Positions 28,003 to 37,287 of a DNA stretch of 64,000 nt are shown in pieces. The translations under genes and the position numbers were made by a program. Source of the stretch: Candidatus Zixiibacteriota bacterium. GTDB taxonomy: Bacteria; RBG-13-66-14; B26-G2; WVWN01. Where the stretch lies: contig JASFLY010000002.1 of NCBI GenBank assembly GCA_050117845.1, positions 1 through 64,000 of the forward strand, in the 5' to 3' direction. The notes beneath the pieces were generated by a model. It had not been told where the DNA came from, did not search any database, and saw only the letters and a program-made list of their open reading frames with translations. Position 1 is the stretch's first letter. Each line of letters begins with the position of its first letter.

Positions 28003-28740
28003 TTAGTAATTCTGAAGGCTCAGGCCGACGGTGGTCGTCAGGTCGAGTTCCTCGAACCCCTCCGAGGGCACGTTGTCCCAGGCTACCTTCTCGGTAGCCG
28101 TGAAGGCCAGCCAGTCCGCGACCGAAATTCGCAGCGTAACGTCGGCCGCCAGAAGCTGGTCCTCGGTGTCGTCCAGATTCATGTCCCAGACGACGCCCGC
28201 GTCGAGTTCGGTCCTGTCGCCCGGCAACAAACGGTAATCGACGCCGGCGTGCGCCGCCGCGAAGGAGGCCGAGTCCTTTTCTCCGCCCTCGGGGTACCAC
28301 TCGTTAATGTAGTTCGGGCCGACCTCGGCGCTCAACTCCTGCGCTTCGGCCCGTATCACGTACACGCCCACGCCGGCGAAATTGGAGGCGCGGTGCTCGA
28401 AGCCGGCGAAGACGTTCCGCCGCCATTCCCCCTTGTACCGGCCGTACAGCCTCTCGGCGGCCGTAAGGAAATATTTCGCGCCGCCGCCGGCGCCCCCGTT
28501 CTCCCCCGTTTTCACCCCGTCCGTGGAAGTGACGGCGTAATCACCATGGCCGTCGAGTATCAGCCGACCGCGGGTATACTCCACCTTCCCCGCCGCGGCC
28601 CCGCCGTGATTTCGCGTGTTCCCGCCGGTCCCCTGGTACGATAGCGTCGCCCGGGCCTTGAGCGCCTTCCCGTCGTCCTCGGCCGCCGTCCCCGCCGCAC
28701 CCACCGCCGTCAACAGTAAGATAATAAATACTCTGCGCAT
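28003..28740 (-). CDS. DUF481 family outer-membrane beta-barrel
   Basis: Signal peptide, TGGNT, RNVFAGFEHR, LSAEVGP, DNVP.EGFE.LD.TTTVGL. Confidence 0.8.
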   Translation of the reverse strand: MRRVFIILLLTAVGAAGTAAEDDGKALKARATLSYQGTGGNTRNHGGAAAGKVEYTRGRLILDGHGDYAVTSTDGVKTGENGGAGGGAKYFLTAAERLYGRYKGEWRRNVFAGFEHRASNFAGVGVYVIRAEAQELSAEVGPNYINEWYPEGGEKDSASFAAAHAGVDYRLLPGDRTELDAGVVWDMNLDDTEDQLLAADVTLRISVADWLAFTATEKVAWDNVPSEGFEELDLTTTVGLSLQNY

Positions 28741-28813
28741 GTCGTCTCCCCTTCGTATTGTTCCGTTCCCTTTTTCCGTGAAACGCCTTCCCTTCGAGGG
28801 ATTACTATAATGG

Positions 28814-28970
28814 AAAAGCCCGCCCGCTATCCGGGGGGCTTGTGTTTTCCGTCGTTACTACCCGGAGCCGTTTCCCCCGTCCTGACCGACACCACGGGCG
28901 CCGCGAAGAGAGCGAGCACTGGTTCGCTAAACGGTTCCGGCAAAACTCCCGGCACCCAGGCCCCCGTTCC
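28814..28970 (-). ncRNA. Structured ncRNA, probable short 6S RNA
   Basis: Ends pair (GGGGGC..GUG / CAC..GCCCCC); inner stem CCGGAACCG/CGGCUCCGG; GGCGCCC element; TGnTAGAAT extended -10 at 28976-28984 and terminator hairpin with U run at 28814-28841 on the minus strand. Strand not certain. Confidence 0.5.
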
Positions 28971-29081
28971 GAAAGATTCTACCACAAGCGGCGATTATAT
29001 TCTGGCAAATAACGCCCTTTTACGTATAATTATAAACTGGGAAGCGCCCGCGGCCTTCGGCCGCTTCAACCGGAGAGCTTG

Positions 29082-29657
29082 ATGACGCAACTACAAATCG
29101 GGAAATTGGAGAAGTTCGACCCGGAGGAACTCCGTCGTATCGGCCCGGGCTACGCCGCCCGGGAAAAGTACGTCGTTAAAAAAGTGGAAACGCGGGAACG
29201 CTTCGTCGTGGAACTCACGCGCGAGAAATTGGCCCGACCTTACCTTCGGACCTGGGAACCCATCGACGGGGAAGGCCGGCGCCTTTACGAGGCCGCCGTC
29301 GCCCGCGGCCACTCGCTCGCCGGCTACGACGGCGACGCCATGGTCGCCGTCGCCATCGCCGAGCCGCAGGATTGGAACCAGAGCCTCTGGGTCTGGGAGT
29401 TCCACACCGAGAAGCACTACCACCGCCAGGGCATAGGCCGGCGCATGATGGACGAACTCGTCAGGGGCGCCGCGGCCGCCGGCCTACGCGTCATCGTCTG
29501 CGAAACGCAAAACACCAACGTCCCGGCCATCGACTTCTATCGTGCCGTCGGCTTCGAGCTCGAGGGCGTTGATCTATCTTATTACTCCAACATCGATAAA
29601 CTCGAGGGAGAGGTAGCCGTCTTCATGAAACGCAAAATCCAGCCCGACCCGGAATAA
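29082..29657 (+). CDS. GNAT N-acetyltransferase (streptothricin acetyltransferase-like)
   Basis: WN..LWVWEFH, HRQGIGRRMM, CETQNTNVPAIDFY..GF.LEGVD.SYY. Confidence 0.82.
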   Translation: MTQLQIGKLEKFDPEELRRIGPGYAAREKYVVKKVETRERFVVELTREKLARPYLRTWEPIDGEGRRLYEAAVARGHSLAGYDGDAMVAVAIAEPQDWNQSLWVWEFHTEKHYHRQGIGRRMMDELVRGAAAAGLRVIVCETQNTNVPAIDFYRAVGFELEGVDLSYYSNIDKLEGEVAVFMKRKIQPDPE

Positions 29658-29660
29658 CTT

Positions 29661-30557
29661 TTGGACGGAACCTTCCCCTATTTCGGCGAGATACTCGCCC
29701 TGTTCACCGCGTTGGCCTGGGCCTTCGCCGTCATCCTCTTCAAAAAGAGCGGCGAGACCGTTCACCCCATCGGCCTCAACCTCTTCAAGGACCTCTTCGC
29801 GATGGTCCTGTTCCTGATAACGATGGCGGTGTGGGGCCAGGAATTAATCCGCGACGTCCCCGCGTGGGAGTACGGCGTACTGCTTCTCAGCGGCGCGCTG
29901 GGCATAGGCCTGGGCGACACCCTTTTCTTCGCGTGCCTGAATCGGCTCGGCGCGGGCCTTACGGCCATCGTGGACTGCCTGTACAGCCCTTTCATTATCG
30001 CGATGTCGATGTTGGTCCTGGGGGAGCGGTTGAGCGTGTTACAGGGGTTGGGCGTTGTACTCGTCGTGGCGGCCGTCCTCGCGGCCTCGCTGGAATGGCG
30101 ACCCGGCCTTGTCGACCGGCGGCGGCTGTTGGGCGGCGTTCTCTACGGCGTCGGCGGCCTGGCGGCCATGGCTCTGGGTATCGTCCCCATCAAGCCGATA
30201 CTCGAACGTTCGCCCCTGCTCTGGACGACGGAGATCCGCGTGATGGGGGGCGCCGCGGTGCTGGCCGCCGTACTCGTCGCCCACCGGCGCCGCCGCGAAA
30301 TAGTGCGGTCGGTGCTCAAAACCCGCGGCTGGCACTACATGCTCATCGGATCTTTCACCGGCGCGTACTTGGCGATGGTCCTGTGGCTCGGCGGAATGAA
30401 ATACGCCTCGGCCTCCGTGGCTTCGGCGTTGAACCAGACGTCCAACGTATTCATTTTCATCTTCGCCGCGCTCCTCTTGCGCGAACCCATTACGGCCCGT
30501 CGGACCGTCGGGATAATCCTCGGCGTCGTCGGCGCGTTTCTCGTGTCTTTCGGGTAA
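29661..30557 (+). CDS. DMT/EamA family transporter
   Basis: Two EamA repeats, about 10 TM segments, SGALGIGLGDTLFF, LGERL, LLREP. Confidence 0.85.
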   Translation: MDGTFPYFGEILALFTALAWAFAVILFKKSGETVHPIGLNLFKDLFAMVLFLITMAVWGQELIRDVPAWEYGVLLLSGALGIGLGDTLFFACLNRLGAGLTAIVDCLYSPFIIAMSMLVLGERLSVLQGLGVVLVVAAVLAASLEWRPGLVDRRRLLGGVLYGVGGLAAMALGIVPIKPILERSPLLWTTEIRVMGGAAVLAAVLVAHRRRREIVRSVLKTRGWHYMLIGSFTGAYLAMVLWLGGMKYASASVASALNQTSNVFIFIFAALLLREPITARRTVGIILGVVGAFLVSFG

Positions 30558-30571
30558 CAGGAGGGAAGTTT

Positions 30572-31114
30572 ATGAACGTTCGCCGAAAGCTGATACTCTT
30601 GGCGTTAATCTCAATCGCGGCCTACGCTGTGGCGTCGGCCGCCGGAGGAGGCACCGTGGGCGAAAACGCCGGGTCCGTGATCGACGTACGCTTCGTGTAC
30701 AATTACTGCAACGACCTCGCGGCGATGAAGCACTTCTATACGGACCTGCTCGGCCTGAACGAGGTCGGATACAACGAGGATTACCGCTACCTCTGCTACC
30801 AGTGCGAGGGCTTCCGCTTGATGTTCTTCCGGCCCGACGCCGAGGTGGACCCGCTCCAGGGGTGGGCCGACCAGCCGGGCTACCAGGGAGGAACGACGTT
30901 CGATACGTCGTGGGGAATCCGGGTCCCGGAGGCCGAGTTCGCGGGAATAGTCGAACGCCTCAAGGCCGAGGGCGTCGAGGCCCGTTACCCGGACCCGGAG
31001 TGGTGCGTCGACAGCTATTGGGGCTTCTACGTAAAAGACCCCATGGGCCGCACCGTCGAGGTGTTCGCCATGCCGAAAGAGCGGCCGGCCTCGACCACGT
31101 GGCCCGGCGAATGA
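30572..31114 (+). CDS. VOC/glyoxalase family protein with signal peptide
   Basis: CNDL..MKHFYTDLLGL, FYVKDPMGRTVEV; RBS GGAGGGA before ATG 30572; paralog of 31160. Confidence 0.8.
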   Translation: MNVRRKLILLALISIAAYAVASAAGGGTVGENAGSVIDVRFVYNYCNDLAAMKHFYTDLLGLNEVGYNEDYRYLCYQCEGFRLMFFRPDAEVDPLQGWADQPGYQGGTTFDTSWGIRVPEAEFAGIVERLKAEGVEARYPDPEWCVDSYWGFYVKDPMGRTVEVFAMPKERPASTTWPGE

Positions 31115-31159
31115 GAGTTAATCGGAATCTTTGTATAGGAAAATGAAGGAGGCAATACG

Positions 31160-31624
31160 ATGAGCGAAAAAGCCGCTCCCAAGATCAACGTCCGTTTCGT
31201 CTACAACTTCTGCAACGACGTCTCCCCGGTGCGTGACTTTTACTCCAACCTTCTCGGTATGGAGGAGAGTAACTACAGCGAGGAGATGGGCTGGCTCGTT
31301 TATAGGAGCGAGGGCTTCGACTTGATGTTCTTCCGCCGCGAGAACGGCGCCGTCGCCGTCGAGGATTGGGCCATGCAGCCGGGCGGCGGGACCGGGAACG
31401 CCGAGTTTACGTCCTGGTCCGTCAACGTGCCGGAGGCCGAGTTCGCGGCGACGGTTAAGCGCCTTCTGGATGCCGGCGTCCCGGTGCAGGGGGACGACAA
31501 GGTCCCCGATTGGCGCCAGGGCTGTTACTGGGGATTCACCGTAATGGACCCCGCCGGGAACACCATCGAAGTTTACACTTCACCGAAAGAGAAGCCGGCC
31601 AACACCACCTGGCCGGGCGAATGA
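31160..31624 (+). CDS. VOC/glyoxalase family protein
   Basis: RDFYSNLLGM, VMDPAGNTIEV; same C-terminus TTWPGE as the upstream paralog. Confidence 0.82.
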   Translation: MSEKAAPKINVRFVYNFCNDVSPVRDFYSNLLGMEESNYSEEMGWLVYRSEGFDLMFFRRENGAVAVEDWAMQPGGGTGNAEFTSWSVNVPEAEFAATVKRLLDAGVPVQGDDKVPDWRQGCYWGFTVMDPAGNTIEVYTSPKEKPANTTWPGE

Positions 31625-31637
31625 GGTACGTCATTTC

Positions 31638-32585
31638 GTGAATGAAATAGCTTTCGGCCCCATACCCTCGCGGCGTCTGGGCTCGAGCCTCGGCGTCGAC
31701 AACATCCCTCCGAAGGTGTGTACGTACTCCTGCGTCTACTGCCAGGTGGGCCGGACGACCGAGCTGACGACCGGGCGGCGGGCCTTTTTCGACCCGGCCA
31801 AAATCGAGGCCGCCGTCCGGGCCAAGGTCGAGGACGCCCGGCGGCAGGGCGAGGATATCGACTACCTGGCGTTCGTGGCCTGCGGCGAGCCCACGCTCGA
31901 CGTGAACCTGGGCCGGGAGATAGAGCTGCTCCGGCCCCTCGGCATCCCCATAGCCGTCATCACGAACTCGACGCTGCTCGGCCGCGAGGACGTCCGGGCG
32001 GACCTGCGCCGGGCCGACTGGGTTTCGGTGAAGGTCGACGCCGTGGAGGAGGAGGCGTGGCGCCGGGTGGACCGGCCCCACGGCCGCCTGCGCCTGGACG
32101 ACATGTTGGACGGAATTCGAGAATTCGCGAAAACCTTCGACGGAACGCTCGCCACGGAGACCATGCTCGTCGCCGGCCTCAACGACGCGCCGGAACACGT
32201 CGGGGGCGTGGCCTCGTTCCTGGCCGAAATCGGCCCCGCGGTCGCGTACCTCTCGGTCCCCACGCGCCCCCCGGCGGAGGGGACCGCCCTGCCGCCGTCG
32301 GAGGAGACGCTGGCCCGGGCGTACGACGCCTTCGCGTCCCGCGGCTTGCGTACGGAGTTACTACTGGGCTACCCGGGCGACGCCTTCGCCTTCACGGGCA
32401 ACGTAGAGGAGGACATCCTGAGCATCACCGCGGTCCACCCCATGCGCCGGGAGGCCGTGGCCGAGCTGCTGGCTAAGGCCGGCGCGGCGTGGGACGTCGT
32501 GGACGAGCTAATCGGCCGGGACGAACTGGCGTCGGTCGAGTTCGGCGGCCGGGAGTTCTACGTCCGGAAATTTCGGAAAGGTTAA
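31638..32585 (+). CDS. Radical SAM protein (COG0731/TYW1-like)
   Basis: FGPIPSRRLGSSLGV, CTYSCVYC, GEPTL, ITNSTL, ETMLV.GLND. Confidence 0.85.
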   Translation: MNEIAFGPIPSRRLGSSLGVDNIPPKVCTYSCVYCQVGRTTELTTGRRAFFDPAKIEAAVRAKVEDARRQGEDIDYLAFVACGEPTLDVNLGREIELLRPLGIPIAVITNSTLLGREDVRADLRRADWVSVKVDAVEEEAWRRVDRPHGRLRLDDMLDGIREFAKTFDGTLATETMLVAGLNDAPEHVGGVASFLAEIGPAVAYLSVPTRPPAEGTALPPSEETLARAYDAFASRGLRTELLLGYPGDAFAFTGNVEEDILSITAVHPMRREAVAELLAKAGAAWDVVDELIGRDELASVEFGGREFYVRKFRKG

Positions 32586-32589
32586 TAGT

Positions 32590-32961
32590 ATGGGAGACAA
32601 GGAAATCGACCCGGGTGAATTCGTTCTGTGTCTCAACGTAAAGGACCTGGGCAGGTCGCTCGAATTCTACCGGCGGCTCGGCCTCGAGCAAATCGGCGGC
32701 GTACCCGACGAGGGATGGGCCATCCTGGGCCGCCGGAACCTCAAGCTGGGCCTGTTCGAGGGACACATCGAAAAGAACCTGCTTAATTTCCGGGGCGGCG
32801 ACGTCTTCGCCCTCGCCCGGGAGCTGGAAAGCCGGGGCCTGACGATACTCCGCGGCCCGGAACGGGAGAGCGACGGCAGCGCCGGCGCCTGGCTCGCCGA
32901 CCCCGACGATAACCTTATTTATTTCAACACTTGCCCCGACGAAGAGGCCGGCGGCGCGTAA
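32590..32961 (+). CDS. VOC family protein
   Basis: LNVKDL.RSLEFY..LG, LGLFEGHIEKNLLNF, DPDDNLI. Confidence 0.82.
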   Translation: MGDKEIDPGEFVLCLNVKDLGRSLEFYRRLGLEQIGGVPDEGWAILGRRNLKLGLFEGHIEKNLLNFRGGDVFALARELESRGLTILRGPERESDGSAGAWLADPDDNLIYFNTCPDEEAGGA

Positions 32962-32986
32962 AGGCCCCGGACCCGGGGAGGTCACA

Positions 32987-34180
32987 ATGCAAATACGTAA
33001 AATAAACGACGACGAGCGGGCGGAATTCGTCAGGATTTCCCGCTACGCCTTTGGGGATTGGTCCGACGAGGAAGTAAAGGAAGCCGAACTCGAATGGGCC
33101 GACCCGCGCTTCATCATCGGCGTCTTCGAGGACGGCCGTATGGCCGCGGCCCTCAAGTGCTTCACCGCGGACCAATCGGTGCGAGGCGTCGTGAAACGGA
33201 TGGGCGGCGTCTCCTGCGTCGTGACCACCCCACCCTACCGCAATCGCGGCTTCGCCCGGGAGGTGATGCAGGCCGCGTTCGAGGACATGCGGGAGCGGGG
33301 CCTGGACGTCAGCATGCTCCGGCCTTTCCGCGAAACGTTCTACGGTAAACTCGGCTACGCCAGTACTTCCTCCCACATGACCGTATCCATCCCGGCCGTC
33401 GCGCTGGGCCGTTGGCTCCGGTACGAACCCGGCCCCGGCTGGAGCCTCGACGTAGCGCCGACGCGCGACGTCCTGGACGAAGTTCAGGCCTTCTGGCGGG
33501 ACGAGGTGATGCCCCGGCACCACGGCATGGTCCGCATCACCGAAGCCTCCGCCGGCGAGTGGGGATTCTGGACAAAGGACAAGCTTGTCGCCCGGGCGGT
33601 GCAGGACGGCAAGACGCGCGGCCTCATCCGCTATAAGAAAACGGCCTTCGGCGCCGAGGGGAAACTCGACGCGGCCGAGTTCTTCTGGACCGACGACGCC
33701 AGCCGCGAACTGCTGCTCCACTACCTCGCCCGGCACCGCGACCAGGTGGCCGAGGTCAAACTACGCCTCCCGTACGGGATAAACTTCCAATCCTGGCTCG
33801 AGGACGTGCCGCGGCGCATCGACGCCGAAGTGTTCCACCTGCCGTGGATGGTCCGGCTGATGGACATCACCTCCGCGCTGACGGGCCTCCCGGCCGCCGA
33901 GGCCGGCGAGATTAAGTTCGCCGTGGCCGACGACCAGTGCCCCTGGAACGCCCGCGCCTATCGCCTATGGTGCGACGGCGAGACGCTCCAGGTTAAACCC
34001 CACGAAGATGAACCCGCTTTGAGTTTGCATATCCGCGGGATATCGGCGCTGGCGTACGGCGCGCTGGATACGGCGGAACTCGCGCGGCGGGGCTGGCTTT
34101 CCGGCGCTAGCGAGGCCGAGGCGGCCCTCCTCGACACGTGGTTCCCCCCGCTGGTCCTCTACAACCCGGTGGACTTCTAG
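32987..34180 (+). CDS. Eis-like GNAT acetyltransferase with C-terminal SCP2-like domain
   Basis: GGVSCVVT.P.YRNRG, L.PF...FYGKLGY, WMVRLMD...AL, D.QCPWN. Confidence 0.82.
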   Translation: MQIRKINDDERAEFVRISRYAFGDWSDEEVKEAELEWADPRFIIGVFEDGRMAAALKCFTADQSVRGVVKRMGGVSCVVTTPPYRNRGFAREVMQAAFEDMRERGLDVSMLRPFRETFYGKLGYASTSSHMTVSIPAVALGRWLRYEPGPGWSLDVAPTRDVLDEVQAFWRDEVMPRHHGMVRITEASAGEWGFWTKDKLVARAVQDGKTRGLIRYKKTAFGAEGKLDAAEFFWTDDASRELLLHYLARHRDQVAEVKLRLPYGINFQSWLEDVPRRIDAEVFHLPWMVRLMDITSALTGLPAAEAGEIKFAVADDQCPWNARAYRLWCDGETLQVKPHEDEPALSLHIRGISALAYGALDTAELARRGWLSGASEAEAALLDTWFPPLVLYNPVDF

Positions 34181-34190
34181 CGTAACTTAC

Positions 34191-34333
34191 CCGGCAGGAA
34201 TGCCGGCCCCACCTATATAATTGTAATAAGAAGCGGCGGGCTTCATGCCCGCCGTATCGCCGACAGGGAAAGACAGCGGGGACGCCGACCCCGGCCGATT
34301 AATAATACGGAACGGCGGCCGTAAAGGCCGCCG
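34191..34333. repeat. Cluster of REP-like palindromes
   Basis: rc GTGGGGCCGGCATTCCTGCCGG (34191), GCGGCGGGCTTCATGCCCGCCG (34233), CGGCGGCCGTAAAGGCCGCCG (34313, identical to 1767). Confidence 0.65.
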
Positions 34334-34360
34334 CTTTGGCCGCATGGTAAACAATTAACC

Positions 34361-34389
34361 TTGAAGCGCCCTATTCCAAATGTTAAAAT
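34361..34389 (+). promoter_or_regulatory. Sigma70-type promoter of the hdr-glt operon
   Basis: TTGAAG-17bp-TAAAAT with TG extension. Confidence 0.55.
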
Positions 34390-34413
34390 TAAACAATATA
34401 ACCCCGCCGATAA

Positions 34414-35739
34414 ATGACGCAAAGCCTCCCTATATTCTGGGGCTGTACCATCGCTCATCGCCTCCCCTTTATCGAGAACGCCACGCGGCGCGCGCTGGCC
34501 GCCCTCGGCGTCGAACTCGTTGACGTCGACGGCTTTAGCTGCTGCCCGGATCCGCTGTACACCCGTCTCTTCGGCGAGGACACCGCCCGGGCTCTCGCCG
34601 GCCGCAACCTCGCGCTGGCCGCCGCGGCGGGCCCCGAACTCCTCGTCGAGTGCAACGGCTGTTTCCAGTCGCTCGGCGCCGCCGTCCGGGAACTGCGCGA
34701 CCCGGAAGCGCGGGCCGAAGTCAACGCCCGCCTCGCCGAGGCCGGCCGAACGTACGAGGGGGGCGTTACGCCCGTCCACTTCATCGACTACCTGCGGCGT
34801 ATCGGCGTCGATAACATCAAGGCCCGGGTAACGCGGCCCCTCGCCGGCCTCAAGCTCGCCGTCCACTACGGCTGCCACGCCCTCTCGCCTCCCCCCTTCG
34901 CCGTCGACGACGCCGAAAACCCGACGATACTGGAGAACGTATTAAAAGCTCTGGGCGCCGAGGCCGGCCCGTACGACGAGCGGCTGAGTTGCTGCGGCGG
35001 GCCGCTCTCGGCCTTCGACGAGGGCGCCTCCGCCCAACTATTGCGGCGCAAGATGCGGGGCGTCGCCGCGGCCGGCGCCGACGCCGTCGTCGTCACTTGC
35101 CCCAGCTGTTTCCTGCAATTCGACCTCCGCGCCAAGCTCGTGGCCGAGGAACTCCGCCGGCCGGTCTTCCATATCGCCGAGTTGATGTCCCTCGCGTTCG
35201 GCGTCCCGGCGAAGGAACTGCGCTTCAAGGGGTGGCACGTCGTCCGCGTAAACGACGTACTAAAAAAAATCGGCGTCGAAGAATCGGAGGAGGACCTCCG
35301 GGCCCACTTCGACATAGAGAGCCTCAAGAAGTGCTGCGGGTCCTGCGCCTACGAGTGCACGGTCGTGCGGGGCCAGGCCGACGTCGCCAAGCGCAACCTC
35401 TACGACCCCATGGCCATCGTGGACAAAATCGTAGCCGGGGAGATAGAGCCGCTCCTCGAGAGCGAAGAGATATGGTACTGTCTGGCATGCCACGAGTGCG
35501 CGAGCCGCTGCCCGCACGGCCGGGGACTGGCGGAGGTATTCGAGACGCTCCGGCGCCTCGCGCTTGCCCGGGGGGTCAAACCGCCGCCCGTGGAGGCGCG
35601 GCTGGCGGCCGTGCGCAAGAGCGGCCTGGGCCTCCAGAAGCAGGACTGGGCCCGGGAGGAGTTCGGCCTGGGGGCAGCCTCGGAGCCCGCGGCTGAAGAG
35701 ATAGCCAAGATACTCAGAGAACGGGATGACGACGAATGA
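34414..35739 (+). CDS. Heterodisulfide reductase-like HdrB-HdrC fusion
   Basis: FWGCTI, SCCPDP, CNGC, HYGCH, CCGG, CPSCFLQFD (two CCG domains), then CCGSCAYEC and WYCLACHECASRCP ferredoxin-type motifs. Confidence 0.85.
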   Translation: MTQSLPIFWGCTIAHRLPFIENATRRALAALGVELVDVDGFSCCPDPLYTRLFGEDTARALAGRNLALAAAAGPELLVECNGCFQSLGAAVRELRDPEARAEVNARLAEAGRTYEGGVTPVHFIDYLRRIGVDNIKARVTRPLAGLKLAVHYGCHALSPPPFAVDDAENPTILENVLKALGAEAGPYDERLSCCGGPLSAFDEGASAQLLRRKMRGVAAAGADAVVVTCPSCFLQFDLRAKLVAEELRRPVFHIAELMSLAFGVPAKELRFKGWHVVRVNDVLKKIGVEESEEDLRAHFDIESLKKCCGSCAYECTVVRGQADVAKRNLYDPMAIVDKIVAGEIEPLLESEEIWYCLACHECASRCPHGRGLAEVFETLRRLALARGVKPPPVEARLAAVRKSGLGLQKQDWAREEFGLGAASEPAAEEIAKILRERDDDE

Positions 35740-36932
35740 CCGAATCGGCCTTTAATCGGAAGATAGAGAAGCCGGCCTCGCCGCCCCGCCACGTCGAGCG
35801 CATCGGCGAGGCGTGCGGCATCGCCGCGCTGGTGAACGTCGACGGCACGCGGGAGAGCGGCGCGCGGGTGGGGAAGATGATAAGAACGATGGTCGACCGC
35901 GAGAACGGCCTGGGCGCAGGCTACGCCGCCTACGGCCTCTTCCCGGACAAGGCCGACCTCTACTGCCTGCAGATGCTCTTCGACGACAAGGCCGCGCTGG
36001 ACGCCGGCCGCGAGTTCGTCAAGGCCAACTTCCTCCTCGACGCCGAGGAGGAAATCCCGACGCATCCCGTGGCCTCGATGGCCGGCGCGATACCCATCTG
36101 CCGGCGCTTCTTCGTAGCCGTACCGCCGGAGGTACCCGCCGGCGAGGACGATTACGTTACGCGGCAGGTCTTCCGCATCAACGGCGACCTTCCCGGGGCG
36201 TTCGTGATGTCGTCGGGCCGGGACATGGCGGTCTTCAAGGGCAACGGCTGGTCCTACGAGATAGCCGAGTTCTACGGCATTGACGACTACGAGGCCTGTC
36301 TGTGGCTCGCCCACTCCCGTTTCCCGACCAACAGTCCGGGATGGTGGGGCGGCGCGCACCCCTTCAACGTCCTGGATCTGTCCATCGTTCACAACGGCGA
36401 AATAACGTCGTACGGGACGAACCGGCGCTACGTCGAGATGGCCGGCTACCGCTGCACGCTCCTGACCGACAGCGAGGTCATCGCGTACGCGATCGACCTG
36501 CTGCTGCGGCGCCAGCGTCTCCCGGAACTCGTCGCGTTCGCCGCCCTGGCGCCGCCATACCACTTCATCATCGAAGAAGTGGCGGACGAGAACACCCGGG
36601 AGCTGTTGCGCGAGATCCGCAAGAACTACCGGCCCGCCATGCTCAACGGGCCGTTCAGCATCGCCGTGGCGGCGCGGAGCCCCGAGCTCACCCTTTACGG
36701 CCTTACGGACCGCAAGAAACTCCGGCCCATGGTCGCCGCGACCTCGGCCGACGGGAACACCGTATTCCTCTCCTCGGAAGAGTGCGCCATTGCGATACTC
36801 GGCGACGAGGGCGCCGCGGCCTGGGCGCCGCACGCCGGCCAGCCGGTCATCGCGGGCGTGGGCCGGGGCCTCGTCTGGCGCGGCACCGAGGACTACTTCG
36901 AGGGCCTCGAGATAGCGTTCGAGAACGCGTAA
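35736..36932 (+). CDS. Glutamate synthase domain 1 (class II glutamine amidotransferase, GltB1-like)
   Basis: CGI, NGLGAG, HSRFPTNSPGWWGGAHPF, HNGEI.SYG.N, TDSEV, LNGPF, DRKKLRP. Confidence 0.9.
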   Translation: MTESAFNRKIEKPASPPRHVERIGEACGIAALVNVDGTRESGARVGKMIRTMVDRENGLGAGYAAYGLFPDKADLYCLQMLFDDKAALDAGREFVKANFLLDAEEEIPTHPVASMAGAIPICRRFFVAVPPEVPAGEDDYVTRQVFRINGDLPGAFVMSSGRDMAVFKGNGWSYEIAEFYGIDDYEACLWLAHSRFPTNSPGWWGGAHPFNVLDLSIVHNGEITSYGTNRRYVEMAGYRCTLLTDSEVIAYAIDLLLRRQRLPELVAFAALAPPYHFIIEEVADENTRELLREIRKNYRPAMLNGPFSIAVAARSPELTLYGLTDRKKLRPMVAATSADGNTVFLSSEECAIAILGDEGAAAWAPHAGQPVIAGVGRGLVWRGTEDYFEGLEIAFENA

Positions 36933-36972
36933 TCTTTAAATAAAATAGGGAATAGGTTTAAAGGAGGAGGAG

Positions 36973-37287
36973 ATGAAGAAAGCGTTAGCAATATTAATGA
37001 CGGGGGTTTTCCTTATAGCGGGTTGTACGGGGTCAACCCCGGAAAAAGATGCAATAAAAATAGTGCAAGATAAAGGCGCGGATTGGCCCGCTCATAAGTT
37101 CGAAGCGAAGCCGAATCCTAAAGGCGAAGGTATTATAGTATACCAACCGGGCATGAAAGCGGCATGGTTAGTAGTTAACGATAAAGTTTATGCCATAAAT
37201 GGATCCGCGAAAAATATAACGCCTACCGCGAGTTATCAACGCGGCGACGGAGTACTTGATATAGACGACGTTGAAGAGATTTTCTAA
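36973..37287 (+). CDS. Small low-GC lipoprotein
   Basis: AGGAGGAGG RBS, lipobox LIAGC, AT-rich codons compared with flanks. Confidence 0.75.
   Translation: MKKALAILMTGVFLIAGCTGSTPEKDAIKIVQDKGADWPAHKFEAKPNPKGEGIIVYQPGMKAAWLVVNDKVYAINGSAKNITPTASYQRGDGVLDIDDVEEIF

Noticed and set aside
28810..29082. 90-aa ORF
   Set aside because: ATG lies within a TATAAT box, no RBS, no recognisable motif; region is better explained as structured RNA.
29831..30571. N-terminal extension of the 427-aa ORF
   Set aside because: Overlaps the EamA gene out of frame; the real start is 30572 or 30656. The same applies to 38569-38859 and 56543-56962.
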